Part shown: piece after piece, positions 49,815 to 58,588 of the stretch
Numbering within the stretch: position 1 is the first letter of the stretch
Layout of the letters: each line of letters starts with the position of its first letter
Source of the DNA: Escherichia phage DCP548
DNA length: 64,000 bases
Sequence record: PQ671645.1
Direction: 5' to 3' (one strand)
Position numbers and translations under genes: made by a program
Notes under the pieces: generated by a model
The model's database searches: none
The model's input: the letters and a program-made list of their open reading frames with translations, nothing else
What the model was told of the DNA's origin: nothing

Positions 49815-50915
49815 TTACGCTGTGAAGATTTTATCCCACATCGCAACAACTGCATCTCGGTTATACTTCTTCCATACTGCTTCAGCACGTTTAACTCGAG
49901 CTTCGTATGTGTCAGTGAATTCTAATACAGCTTTTGTGTAAAGCGCAACTACTTCTTTCTTAGGAGTAGAGGAATCAATTTCTACACGCACAGTATCTGG
50001 GTCGTATTCGAATGTCGCATGAGGATAATCCTTAAAAACTAACTGGATTACAGGGACACCTTTAGAGATGGCTTCAATAGAACTATTCTCTACCGTACCT
50101 GTGTCAGGACACGTATTAATAAGTGCTTTAGCTGTTTTAAGACGTTCCATGATTTCACTGTGTGGAGCATCAATAATAACAGGATATTTAGCTGGTGGCG
50201 CCCATTTGCTTGGGCAGTATCCTGCACCATTTTCGCCTAGTGCTTTAATCGCTTCAAGAGCAACATCAGTACGACGCATTTTAGTGTCATAACGTTGTGC
50301 ACTAATAATCAGATCCGTCGCCGGAAGAACTTCAGGTTTCTCATTCAAACAAATAACCGGATAATCTTCGGCTTCAAACAACGGATTTGCTCGCCAATAA
50401 TCGTAATCAATTTTGTCAGTCAGACCTGAAGTCATATAACAATATTTGCGTTCAAATTCACGGAAGGCTTTAGTAGGAGCATAACTCTTACCACCATTCT
50501 TATGAATTTGAATAGTCTGGTCCCAAATTTGAACAATGCCACGAGATACCGGTTCAAATGGTGTTGCCATAAAATTCTTATGAACTTTAGAGAGACCTGC
50601 GTCTTTAATTGCCTGAACGGTTAGTTTAGTCGGTTCCATAGTAACAACAAAATCGTATTCATGGATGCCGGCTAGTTCAACAATCTTACGAGCCATAGTA
50701 TAACTCATACCTAGACTGAATTTAGTCAGATGACCAACAGGATGGTGTGTAACTTTCCAGTCACCAAACGTGTCGTTATCAAAGCCGATATAATCAATAT
50801 CAGCACCGATGGACACAAGATATTTCAACACGTTCAAATGAACCGCTTCAAGACCACCTTGTACACGTTCTGGGTTAAATGGGACTGCGCGAGATGGGAT
50901 AAACATAACTTTCAT
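49815..50915 (-). CDS. Putative GT-B fold glycosyltransferase (family 4-like)
   Basis: 366 aa; N-terminus MKVMFIPS...GGLEAV typical of the GT-B N-domain; C-domain has TGTVENSSIEAISKGVPVI resembling the GT4 E-x7-E / ...EAMA.G.PVI motif region; lies where T4 has gene 60 and mobA. Confidence 0.45.
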   Translation of the reverse strand: MKVMFIPSRAVPFNPERVQGGLEAVHLNVLKYLVSIGADIDYIGFDNDTFGDWKVTHHPVGHLTKFSLGMSYTMARKIVELAGIHEYDFVVTMEPTKLTVQAIKDAGLSKVHKNFMATPFEPVSRGIVQIWDQTIQIHKNGGKSYAPTKAFREFERKYCYMTSGLTDKIDYDYWRANPLFEAEDYPVICLNEKPEVLPATDLIISAQRYDTKMRRTDVALEAIKALGENGAGYCPSKWAPPAKYPVIIDAPHSEIMERLKTAKALINTCPDTGTVENSSIEAISKGVPVIQLVFKDYPHATFEYDPDTVRVEIDSSTPKKEVVALYTKAVLEFTDTYEARVKRAEAVWKKYNRDAVVAMWDKIFTA

Positions 50916-50930
50916 AATTAAGCCTTATTA

Positions 50931-50959
50931 AAATTAAAATGAAGCTCCCGAAGGAGCTT
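50931..50959 (-). terminator. Terminator-like hairpin after gene 39
   Basis: aagctcc-cgaa-ggagctt (50942-50959) overlapping the gene 39 stop, followed on the minus transcript by a U-rich tract. Confidence 0.45.
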
Positions 50960-52775
50960 AGGACATCCATTCTTTACGAAGTTCTGAATCATCACCCATC
51001 AACATTTCAAAGAGTTCTTTCCAATTTTCAGGAAGTTTAACTACGTCGTACACAGGGTTCTGAATCATTTCACGATATTCTGACTTTTCAAGGGAGCCTA
51101 ATCCCTTGATGTATCGAATACTATGCTTAGGCAGTGTATCTTTAACTTCTTCATACTCAGCTACAGTATAAAACCATTTTTGAGTTTTGCCAATTTGTGC
51201 AATAATTACAGGCGTTTTAACAAAGCGAATACGTCCTTGTTCAAACAATTCAGGCCAATTACTAAAGAAAGCAAGCAAAGCCGGATAGATACTTCCAAGA
51301 CCGTCATGATCGGCATCGGTCATAATTGCAATATTACGATAGTTCGTATTCTCTGCCTTTTCACCAAGAATAAGACCTGTGATAGCACAGATATCGAAGA
51401 GCTCTTTGTTCTTCATCATATCGGCATATGACATACCCCAGCTATTCATCACCTTACCACGTAATGGGAATCCACCGTGTAGTTCACGGTCACGAACATC
51501 AATGAGATAACCAATTGCCGAATCACCTTCTGTTAAAAACAATGTCGTATCTGCATCTTTACCACATTGGTTAGCTTTAATATGCTTATGAACCTTAGCT
51601 TTAGTTGCCTTTTTAGCTGCTTTAGTTTCTGCAGCCTTTTCTGCTGCCAATTTACGAGCTAATGCTGCTTCAACAATAGGCATAATCAAGGCTTCGTTTT
51701 TAAGAAGTGCCTGAGCAATTTTCTTAGCATCTAATTGGATATGATTACGAATATCGCCATACGTTGACGTTAAACGTTCTTTAGTCTGAGAATCAAAACG
51801 CATGTTGCTCATGTCTCTAATAAACATCAACATTGTGAGACATTCTTTAACACGAGCTTTAGTGACTTCAATACCCTTATATTTCTTTTTAATACCCGGC
51901 AAAAGATGTTCGCAGATATCATCCATTACACATTCAACATGATGACCACCATTTTTAGTATGGATGTTATTCACATAAGTTAAATGACGGAAGCCGTCCG
52001 GCGATGTTGTGAATGCTATAGAGACTTTATCATTTTCTTGAATGATGCTATCTTCGCCAAATTGTTTAGCAAATCGTTTAAAATTACCATCAACCTTTTT
52101 ACCATTAAATGTGAACTTGATATCAGGATAAACGACTGCCAATGTTTGAAGTCGGTCTAAAGTAATATCTAAATAAATTTGAGATAAATTATGCTCTTCA
52201 AATGAAGAGAAATCAGGAGTGAAGATTACTTTAGTGCCTTTACCTTTAGATTTCTTAGAAGACCATGATTTGTTTTCCATTCCGTTTGAACAGTTAACAG
52301 TGATTTCATTTTCGCCATCTGACGTGATGCCTGTAAACAACGTAGAGAAGATATTAGTTAAACTACTCCCGACGCCGTTCATACCACCAGTCTTGCGTTC
52401 AGAGTCATCACCAAAGTTACCACCGGCCTTTGGAATAGTCCAGGCCGCTACAGGCCCAGGAATTTGTTCACCTGTTTGGTCGGTAACTAAACCTTGAGGA
52501 ATACCACGCCCGTTATCTTCCACTGAAACTTGATTATTTTTAATTTGCACATCAATTTTATTTGCAAACTTAAATGATGTACGAATAGCTTCATCAACCG
52601 AGTTGTCAATAATCTCATCGATTAATTTAACCAGACCAGGAACATATTCAACTTGTTGATATTTACCAAACAAAAAACGCTCGTGGGCTTCTTTAGCCGA
52701 AGAACCAATATACATACCACTACGTTTCTTAATATGTTCTACATCTGACAATACCTTAATTTCATTTTTAATCAT
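50958..52775 (-). CDS. 39: DNA topoisomerase II large subunit (GyrB-like), uninterrupted gp39+gp60 form
   Basis: 605 aa; N-terminal GHKL ATPase; C-terminal 130 aa (IAIMTDADHDGLGSIYP...KLPENWKELFEMLMGD) match T4 gp60, so the protein is contiguous with no bypass element. Confidence 0.95.
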   Translation of the reverse strand: MIKNEIKVLSDVEHIKKRSGMYIGSSAKEAHERFLFGKYQQVEYVPGLVKLIDEIIDNSVDEAIRTSFKFANKIDVQIKNNQVSVEDNGRGIPQGLVTDQTGEQIPGPVAAWTIPKAGGNFGDDSERKTGGMNGVGSSLTNIFSTLFTGITSDGENEITVNCSNGMENKSWSSKKSKGKGTKVIFTPDFSSFEEHNLSQIYLDITLDRLQTLAVVYPDIKFTFNGKKVDGNFKRFAKQFGEDSIIQENDKVSIAFTTSPDGFRHLTYVNNIHTKNGGHHVECVMDDICEHLLPGIKKKYKGIEVTKARVKECLTMLMFIRDMSNMRFDSQTKERLTSTYGDIRNHIQLDAKKIAQALLKNEALIMPIVEAALARKLAAEKAAETKAAKKATKAKVHKHIKANQCGKDADTTLFLTEGDSAIGYLIDVRDRELHGGFPLRGKVMNSWGMSYADMMKNKELFDICAITGLILGEKAENTNYRNIAIMTDADHDGLGSIYPALLAFFSNWPELFEQGRIRFVKTPVIIAQIGKTQKWFYTVAEYEEVKDTLPKHSIRYIKGLGSLEKSEYREMIQNPVYDVVKLPENWKELFEMLMGDDSELRKEWMS

Positions 52776-52821
52776 GTTGTCTCCTCGTTATGAAGGTATT
52801 CTATCATCCGAAATCTAAAGC

Positions 52822-52838
52822 AAAAAGGGCCGAAGCCC
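52822..52838 (-). terminator. Intrinsic terminator-like hairpin after ORF 52839..53264
   Basis: gggc-cgaa-gccc with aaaaa on the plus side (U5 on the minus transcript). Confidence 0.45.
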
Positions 52839-53264
52839 TTATTTAAATTTAATTTTCTGAAGTGCATCAATTGCAGCCAAACGCCCTTGTTCACTTTTAA
52901 CTGTAATGACCACATCGCCTGATACGATCACCGAACCATCAACAAATTCTATAGAGCCTTTTTTGAAATCGACAGCTGTATCTGGTTCCGGAACTTCTTC
53001 AAAGAATTTAAATTCTGCACCATAAAGCAGAATATCACCTTGCATACTATGAATAGTTCGGCCATAATCGCCTACGGCTTCTACAGCAATAACCGAAACG
53101 CCGTAACCAATCATCTCTTCCACAATAAAATCTTTGGACAATAAAGTAGTATGCAGATTAGTATTAAGACGCTTACCAGTCGTATTAAGAATTCTCAAGA
53201 AATTATCTTCCTGTCCTTTGATAATACGATATTTCTTACCAACTTCAAAACCTTTAAAAGCCAT
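52839..53264 (-). CDS. Hypothetical protein
   Basis: 141-aa ORF followed by a CGAA-loop terminator hairpin at 52827-52838. Confidence 0.45.
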   Translation of the reverse strand: MAFKGFEVGKKYRIIKGQEDNFLRILNTTGKRLNTNLHTTLLSKDFIVEEMIGYGVSVIAVEAVGDYGRTIHSMQGDILLYGAEFKFFEEVPEPDTAVDFKKGSIEFVDGSVIVSGDVVITVKSEQGRLAAIDALQKIKFK

Positions 53265-53266
53265 AA

Positions 53267-53446
53267 TTAACCCTTCTTAAGTAAGTCGTAAAAACCACCG
53301 TTCACATGTTTAGGAGCAGAAACCCGACGAGTAGACAGACGATGACATTCAGGGCAAACATCGTTTTCTCGTTCAGAAATTCTTTTAATTTTTTCATATT
53401 CATGGCCACAATCTTCAGATTGACATTTATAGTCGTATAACGGCAT
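53267..53446 (-). CDS. FmdB-family zinc-ribbon protein (59 aa), not in the ORF track
   Basis: Hand translation MPLYDYKCQSEDCGHEYEKIKRISERENDVCPECHRLSTRRVSAPKHVNGGFYDLLKKG; MP.Y.Y.C..CGH.FE ... CP.C signature of FmdB-type regulatory zinc ribbons. Confidence 0.55.
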   Translation of the reverse strand: MPLYDYKCQSEDCGHEYEKIKRISERENDVCPECHRLSTRRVSAPKHVNGGFYDLLKKG

Positions 53447-53448
53447 TA

Positions 53449-53877
53449 TTATTCCTTAAAATGTGCTTTCAACATTTGATACAAAGACCATGCCTGGTCG
53501 TTATTTTCGATAGTAATCGTCATCACCGGAAATTCAGACAATTCGTCAAGTTCACCAGAATCTTGCTCTTCGGACGCTAGATATGGATTTTCAACTTCGT
53601 CAAAGAACTCTGCTTCATTCGTGGAGAGCCAGATAAAGTTTTCATCAAGGATATCACCGCCTGTTGCGTATCCAACCGTGCCAGTAGATGTCACAATTTT
53701 AGTAGGACGACCAAGATGGTCAACATCTAATACTTTAAATGGTTCCATGCCAAGACGTCGTGCATAAATCCCATTATCAGTGTGGTCTTTAATAAACTCT
53801 TCTTGGGCACGTTTATCTATAAATTGATACCATGAGTTAACGCGGAATTTATTAGCCATTAGTAAGTTTCCTTCCAA
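53449..53877 (-). CDS. Hypothetical protein
   Basis: 142-aa ORF; true start may be the downstream Met (MANKF). Confidence 0.45.
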   Translation of the reverse strand: MEGNLLMANKFRVNSWYQFIDKRAQEEFIKDHTDNGIYARRLGMEPFKVLDVDHLGRPTKIVTSTGTVGYATGGDILDENFIWLSTNEAEFFDEVENPYLASEEQDSGELDELSEFPVMTITIENNDQAWSLYQMLKAHFKE

Positions 53878-54086
53878 TAAGTTGTACCATTTTCAGTGAT
53901 TTCACGGAAGATACCATAGATAGGCATTTTGTCGCCTAGTTTTTCGTAAACGTAAACCACTTCAGTGTAGCATAAAAATTCAGTCCAGTTTTTCTGTACA
54001 ACAACTAAATCAGGATTAAACAGAACATCTTCAAACTCATCGATGTTTGAATCAGTAGTTACGTTTTTAATGATTTGACGTTTCAT
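53859..54086 (-). CDS. Hypothetical small protein
   Basis: Track ORF 53859..54131 trimmed to Met MKRQI (start codon 54084-54086; AGGAGAA SD), because the extension covers the promoter at 54115-54144. Confidence 0.4.
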   Translation of the reverse strand: MKRQIIKNVTTDSNIDEFEDVLFNPDLVVVQKNWTEFLCYTEVVYVYEKLGDKMPIYGIFREITENGTTYWKETY

Positions 54087-54114
54087 AATATTCTCCTCTT
54101 GTTTTGATAGGTCT

Positions 54115-54144
54115 ATAGTATCATAGACCATAGTTGTTGTACAT
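54115..54144 (-). promoter_or_regulatory. T4-type early promoter upstream of ORF 53859..54086
   Basis: -35 ATGTAC variant (plus 54139-54144), 18-bp spacer, -10 TACTAT; near-palindromic ggtctatagtatcatagacc. Confidence 0.4.
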
Positions 54145-54668
54145 CATTTTAGCAAAATAAAATCAACTTGTTCTGCCAATGAACGTCTGAACATTAATTG
54201 ACAACTTCCGAGGATGAAATCAGGTGCTTCATAGACCGCGATGTAGTATCCTTTAGCTTTCAAGAGTTCAACATCCACCTGGTCATCAAACCATGCATAA
54301 ACCGCGTCAACACTTTCAAATCCAAAATAGAACCCTTGAGCCCAATCTTCACTCAGTTCAAATGTGTAATCAATTCTATAGTATCTTAAGATATTTTGTT
54401 CAAGGAGTTTGTCTTCATTTACTGTAGGACGATTAGGGACATTGTAGTTGTCGCCGTGATGGTAGAAGTTACCTGAGATTATTCCATGTTTATCAAGGAA
54501 CTCCCATGTTTCTTCAGAGTTGTCGGTGCCCGACCAGCCGTACGGCGAACGAGGTTCTTTATTCCAAGAGGTTTCCCAAATTCTGACGGCTTTACCGTCT
54601 TCGATAGCAATTCCTGGTAATGATTCACGTTGAGTACAAAAACTACGTTCTACGCGGTAAACTAACAT
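54144..54668 (-). CDS. Hypothetical protein
   Basis: Track ORF trimmed to Met MLVYRVERSF (start codon 54666-54668; GAGGAGAA SD); early promoter 54695-54723 upstream. Confidence 0.45.
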   Translation of the reverse strand: MLVYRVERSFCTQRESLPGIAIEDGKAVRIWETSWNKEPRSPYGWSGTDNSEETWEFLDKHGIISGNFYHHGDNYNVPNRPTVNEDKLLEQNILRYYRIDYTFELSEDWAQGFYFGFESVDAVYAWFDDQVDVELLKAKGYYIAVYEAPDFILGSCQLMFRRSLAEQVDFILLK

Positions 54669-54694
54669 ATTATTCTCCTCTGGTTGATATGGAT

Positions 54695-54723
54695 ATAATA
54701 TCAAAACCAGAGGAGAAGTAAAC
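54695..54723 (-). promoter_or_regulatory. T4-type early promoter upstream of ORF 54144..54668
   Basis: -35 GTTTAC (plus 54718-54723), 17-bp spacer, -10 TATTAT. Confidence 0.45.
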
Positions 54724-54727
54724 AACT

Positions 54728-55147
54728 TTATGCAAAAGATGCTGGGCAATATTTTTTGATTTGGAACTCAGGAACTACCATGAACTGACCAGCGAAAACG
54801 ATGTTATAAAGCTTAACACCATCTTCTACCCAACGGTCGCTAATAAATCCGGCGATTTGCTTAGTTTTCCACGGCGTTCCATCAGTTGCCGCAGCAATAG
54901 TGAATTCATGGTCTTTTACAACTAAAACAGACCTGCACAGTTTCCATTTGAACACACGTTCTTCTGACTCAATGAATTGGCTTTTAACATAACCAATGTT
55001 ACCATCAGCGTCACGAACTTTAACTTCGTTACGTCCAAAAACCGGATCACTCACAGAAAGAACTTCAACCAACTTCCCGGCAACTTTAGAGCGAGAAGCA
55101 ACAGATACATATACGTAATCACCTGTAGAGAGATTTACAATATTCAT
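54728..55147 (-). CDS. Hypothetical protein, member A of a three-gene tandem paralogue family
   Basis: 139 aa; shares N-terminal (..VASRSKVAGKLVEV..) and C-terminal (GFISDRWVEDGVKLYNIVFAGQF.VVPE) blocks with the ORF at 55157..55654. Confidence 0.5.
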   Translation of the reverse strand: MNIVNLSTGDYVYVSVASRSKVAGKLVEVLSVSDPVFGRNEVKVRDADGNIGYVKSQFIESEERVFKWKLCRSVLVVKDHEFTIAAATDGTPWKTKQIAGFISDRWVEDGVKLYNIVFAGQFMVVPEFQIKKYCPASFA

Positions 55148-55156
55148 AATAATTCC

Positions 55157-55654
55157 TTAAGCTTTAAGAGGAGACACATAGCGAGTGATTTCAGATTCTT
55201 TAACAACTCGGAAGTCACCTAAGAATACGATATTGTATAACTTTTCACCATCTTCAACCCATTGGTCACTAATGAAGCCACACATGATATCGGTTGTGCT
55301 TGGATAACCGTATTCGTCGATGTAATCGAATTCTTTATCGGTTATAAATTCAACGCCTTTACACAAGGCCCATTTGAACTGTACATTAGGCTCAACGATA
55401 TCGCTTGAAGCAAAGTGTGCAGGTGCAACTTCTTCGCTTGAAGCAAATTGGACTCGTATATGTTTTTCCAGGAATTTAGGACTTACGTAAGCATACTGGG
55501 CATCTTGTCCGCCAAAACTGGGGATGATTCGAACTTTAACTTCTTTAACACGTCCCATGCCGTTAGTACGAAGCCCTGCTACTTCAACCAGACGACCTGC
55601 AGCTTTAGAACGAGAAGCAGGAGATACACGAAGGATTTCACCAATAGTAATCAT
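55157..55654 (-). CDS. Hypothetical protein, member B of the tandem paralogue family
   Basis: Track ORF trimmed to Met MITIGEIL (start codon 55652-55654); C-terminal block GFISDQWVEDGEKLYNIVFLGDFRVVKE; promoter 55685-55714 upstream. Confidence 0.5.
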   Translation of the reverse strand: MITIGEILRVSPASRSKAAGRLVEVAGLRTNGMGRVKEVKVRIIPSFGGQDAQYAYVSPKFLEKHIRVQFASSEEVAPAHFASSDIVEPNVQFKWALCKGVEFITDKEFDYIDEYGYPSTTDIMCGFISDQWVEDGEKLYNIVFLGDFRVVKESEITRYVSPLKA

Positions 55655-55684
55655 ATTTTTTCTCTCTTTGTTTAAGTTGAATTC

Positions 55685-55714
55685 ATTATACTCCATCCAT
55701 CCTTGGATGTACAA
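55685..55714 (-). promoter_or_regulatory. T4-type early promoter upstream of paralogue B
   Basis: -35 TTGTAC variant (plus 55709-55714), 18-bp spacer, -10 TATAAT; shares the attatactcc...ccttgg motif with cassettes at 9331 and 56243. Confidence 0.4.
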
Positions 55715-55716
55715 CA

Positions 55717-56211
55717 TTAATTTAGAATATTAACTACTGCACTACGTGGAACCACACTAAAATCACCGGCATGAACAACGTTCAGAAGTTCAACCCCATC
55801 TTCAATCCACTGGTCAGTTACCCATCCATTTACCGGACCATCGAATGGGCGTCGAATTGAAACATATTTACACAACAAATCAGTAGGCTCAATAGGCTTA
55901 ATCAGAGTACCGTACATACAAACGATATCCATATCAAAGTGGAGACCATCTTTAACAGGTGCTTCTTCAATCAACAGTTCAAAGTCGGTGCTTGGAATGG
56001 CAGTAGTAGAAATTGTACCGTATGAATTTTTAATTTCTAAGAATAACCAAGGGCCTTCAACTTGTTTGATGAAGTTAACAATAGTGAAACTATTACCTTG
56101 AGTGGCACCTAAAATTTCACAAAACTTTTCATAAGCTCGCACTGAAGCACCGTACCAGTTGATTTGTTTTTCGTCTTTCAGGATGTAAGTAGCCATAGTA
56201 TTGATATTCAT
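55717..56211 (-). CDS. Hypothetical protein, member C of the tandem paralogue family
   Basis: 164 aa; C-terminal block GWVTDQWIEDGVELLNVVHAGDFSVVP is shared with members A and B; promoter 56243-56272 upstream. Confidence 0.5.
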   Translation of the reverse strand: MNINTMATYILKDEKQINWYGASVRAYEKFCEILGATQGNSFTIVNFIKQVEGPWLFLEIKNSYGTISTTAIPSTDFELLIEEAPVKDGLHFDMDIVCMYGTLIKPIEPTDLLCKYVSIRRPFDGPVNGWVTDQWIEDGVELLNVVHAGDFSVVPRSAVVNILN

Positions 56212-56242
56212 AATGTTTTTCCTGTTTGGTTAAGATAGAAAG

Positions 56243-56272
56243 ATTATACTCCAACCGTCCTTGGTTGTAAAC
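56243..56272 (-). promoter_or_regulatory. T4-type early promoter upstream of paralogue C
   Basis: -35 GTTTAC (plus 56267-56272), 18-bp spacer, -10 TATAAT; same cassette family as 9331-9361 and 55685-55714. Confidence 0.45.
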
Positions 56273-56277
56273 TGGTT

Positions 56278-56955
56278 TTATCGCTGTTTTACACTTAACG
56301 GGTCAGGATTCTCAGGGACATCTTCAAGACCAAGCGCATAACGCTGAGCATATTTTAACATCAAAATATCTTTAGCACAATCATGAATACTATCATGGGC
56401 AACGAATCCTTTTAGCGTACCCATCGGTAATGGACACATACTTAATCCTCGTGTCAACGAGTAAGCTTCGATTGCCGTACGAATATCACGTTGAGCCCAG
56501 AATTTAACCGGTTCTAATTTATCAGTATCAATCTCTGGTTCAGGAACACCTTCATCACGATAGAGGTCACGAATCAAATCGACCAATATCGGGAAGTCAA
56601 AGCTCATACCACGGCACCACATCTGTGATTTCCATTGGTCAACTTTATTAGCTCGGCAATAGTCTAAAAAGATTTTAATGCCTTCAAGCGTAGTGACATC
56701 ATCTTCAGACGGAGCAAGGTTTTTACGTGCTTCTGCTGATTGTTCTTTCCACCATTTCATAGTGGATTTAGCGAAAACTCGCTTCCCTTTCTGAGAAGCT
56801 AAATTAAATTTAATTCGCTTACCTCGTTGAACAAGTTCTTCAAATGATTCAACAACTTCAGGGTCGGAATTATATGCAATAACCGCAAGGTCAATAACAG
56901 CCGCTTTTGATGTATTGCCGAATGTTTCAAAATCTATAATAACATCAGTGCTCAT
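56278..56955 (-). CDS. dexA: Exonuclease A (DnaQ-like 3'-5' exonuclease)
   Basis: 225 aa (T4 DexA 227 aa); N-terminal IIDFETFG exo motif I; position immediately downstream of dda. Confidence 0.8.
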   Translation of the reverse strand: MSTDVIIDFETFGNTSKAAVIDLAVIAYNSDPEVVESFEELVQRGKRIKFNLASQKGKRVFAKSTMKWWKEQSAEARKNLAPSEDDVTTLEGIKIFLDYCRANKVDQWKSQMWCRGMSFDFPILVDLIRDLYRDEGVPEPEIDTDKLEPVKFWAQRDIRTAIEAYSLTRGLSMCPLPMGTLKGFVAHDSIHDCAKDILMLKYAQRYALGLEDVPENPDPLSVKQR

Positions 56956-56964
56956 AATTTTCTC

Positions 56965-58278
56965 TCAAATAAAATGGACGTCAAACCGACCACGAGTTGT
57001 GCCAACATACAATAACTGTTTAGCTAATTCTGAATCGGCATAATGGATACACGGTGTATAAACAAAGGCTGTGTCAACAGACATACCCTGGGCCTTATGG
57101 AAGGTTGATACTGGTAGTGCCTTCACCTTAGTGAACATGCGTTTAGCATCCCAGAATTCGCTCCATGGAGCTTTACCACCTTTATTCCAGAATTTGTATG
57201 TTTCTGCGGTCTTAGCCAAAAACAAATTGAATTTATAAAGCTCTTCTTCAGAAGAAATAACCTTTATATCTTCGCGGATGTATTCTTCATCATCCCCATA
57301 TGTTTCTACTGTAAGATTCCAGTATCGTATCATATATTCGCCTGAAACGCCACGTGCTTTAACGAATGTAGACGTTTCTACAGCATCTCGAATACGAACG
57401 AATTGCCCGTTATTGAAAAGCATTTCGGTCATATTTTTACCATCTAGCTTATATGTCTTAGTAAATGGCTCTTGTAGAACAATGACTTCATCTTTAATAA
57501 ATGGTTTTTCTGTTTCAAGAAGTTTTCGGCGAATAATTGAATTTAACTTGTCCACCGACTTATTTGTGAATGCCATCATTCGATTTTCGAAAAGGTCTTC
57601 AGGAGTTTTAACAACGTTAAAATAGTTCATCATATACGATTTAAGGTCTGTATATCCATGAACACCGTGCCCATCAACTACTTTATCGTAAATCCATTTG
57701 CCATTACGAATATCAGTCGCAACATCAATAATTGGCGCATTGCTACGTTTAACTTCTGTAAGGTCGCATTGCACGAAGTCTTTGTGAGTGAAGAAAGGAC
57801 TTAGATACGCAGTTGATTCGCCTGGGTCTACCGGACGAATCTGGCATCGGTCGCCGATTCCAATTACTGTACACCATTTAGGGATACTAGCTAACATTAT
57901 TTTAAACAGAGAACGGTCGCACATTGACGCTTCATCAAATAACAGTACACGACACAAGGCTAAGTCTGGAACCTTTTTCTGTTCAAATAATACGTTTTCT
58001 TCGTATGTAGTTGGGTTGATTTTAAGAATGCTATGAATAGTCGATGCTTCTTGACCAGCAAGTTTGCTTAGAACCTTTTTAGCGGCATGTGTAGGGGCTG
58101 CTAAAATAATACCTGATTCTCCAGAAGAAATAAGGGCTTCAACGATGAATCTAGTAAGGGTTGTTTTACCTGTACCAGCAGGTCCATTAATAGTTACATG
58201 ATGTTTCTTTTCTTTAATAGCTTCCATAACAACGTTGAAGGCGTTTTTCTGGCCTTCAGTCAAATCATCAAATGTCAT
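56965..58278 (-). CDS. dda: Dda DNA helicase (SF1B)
   Basis: 437 aa (T4 Dda 439 aa); N-terminus MTFDDLTEGQKNAFNVV and Walker A GPAGTGKTT match T4 Dda. Confidence 0.9.
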   Translation of the reverse strand: MTFDDLTEGQKNAFNVVMEAIKEKKHHVTINGPAGTGKTTLTRFIVEALISSGESGIILAAPTHAAKKVLSKLAGQEASTIHSILKINPTTYEENVLFEQKKVPDLALCRVLLFDEASMCDRSLFKIMLASIPKWCTVIGIGDRCQIRPVDPGESTAYLSPFFTHKDFVQCDLTEVKRSNAPIIDVATDIRNGKWIYDKVVDGHGVHGYTDLKSYMMNYFNVVKTPEDLFENRMMAFTNKSVDKLNSIIRRKLLETEKPFIKDEVIVLQEPFTKTYKLDGKNMTEMLFNNGQFVRIRDAVETSTFVKARGVSGEYMIRYWNLTVETYGDDEEYIREDIKVISSEEELYKFNLFLAKTAETYKFWNKGGKAPWSEFWDAKRMFTKVKALPVSTFHKAQGMSVDTAFVYTPCIHYADSELAKQLLYVGTTRGRFDVHFI

Positions 58279-58586
58279 CGTAAAGTCCCTGCAATTGGAA
58301 TACTAACAATACGGCCTGTGTCCAGGATTCGTTGATACAATTTTTGCGTCTCCGCATCTAGTTTAATGTGTTTCATTTCAAGCTTATTAAACCAGAACTT
58401 ACGCGGAGTTTCGACCATTCTTAGAACTCCCATTTTTAAATCTGTTTTATACTGTGTTTTCAAAGTATCGAAAACTTTATCTGCAATATCCTTTCTAAAA
58501 AATACTGCAGGACGATGCTCATCAAGTGGAACCGGGACAGTAAATCCTTCCATATCTCGATAAACTATTGCATATACATAAACCAT
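58275..58586 (-). CDS. Hypothetical protein (dda.1 position)
   Basis: 103-aa ORF; stop overlaps the dda start. Confidence 0.45.
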   Translation of the reverse strand: MVYVYAIVYRDMEGFTVPVPLDEHRPAVFFRKDIADKVFDTLKTQYKTDLKMGVLRMVETPRKFWFNKLEMKHIKLDAETQKLYQRILDTGRIVSIPIAGTLR

Positions 58587-58588
58587 AA

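Noticed and set aside
50958-52775. Gene 60-style translational bypass within the topoisomerase gene
   Set aside because: The gp60-homologous C-terminus is read in frame without any stop codon or gap, so no bypass is needed.
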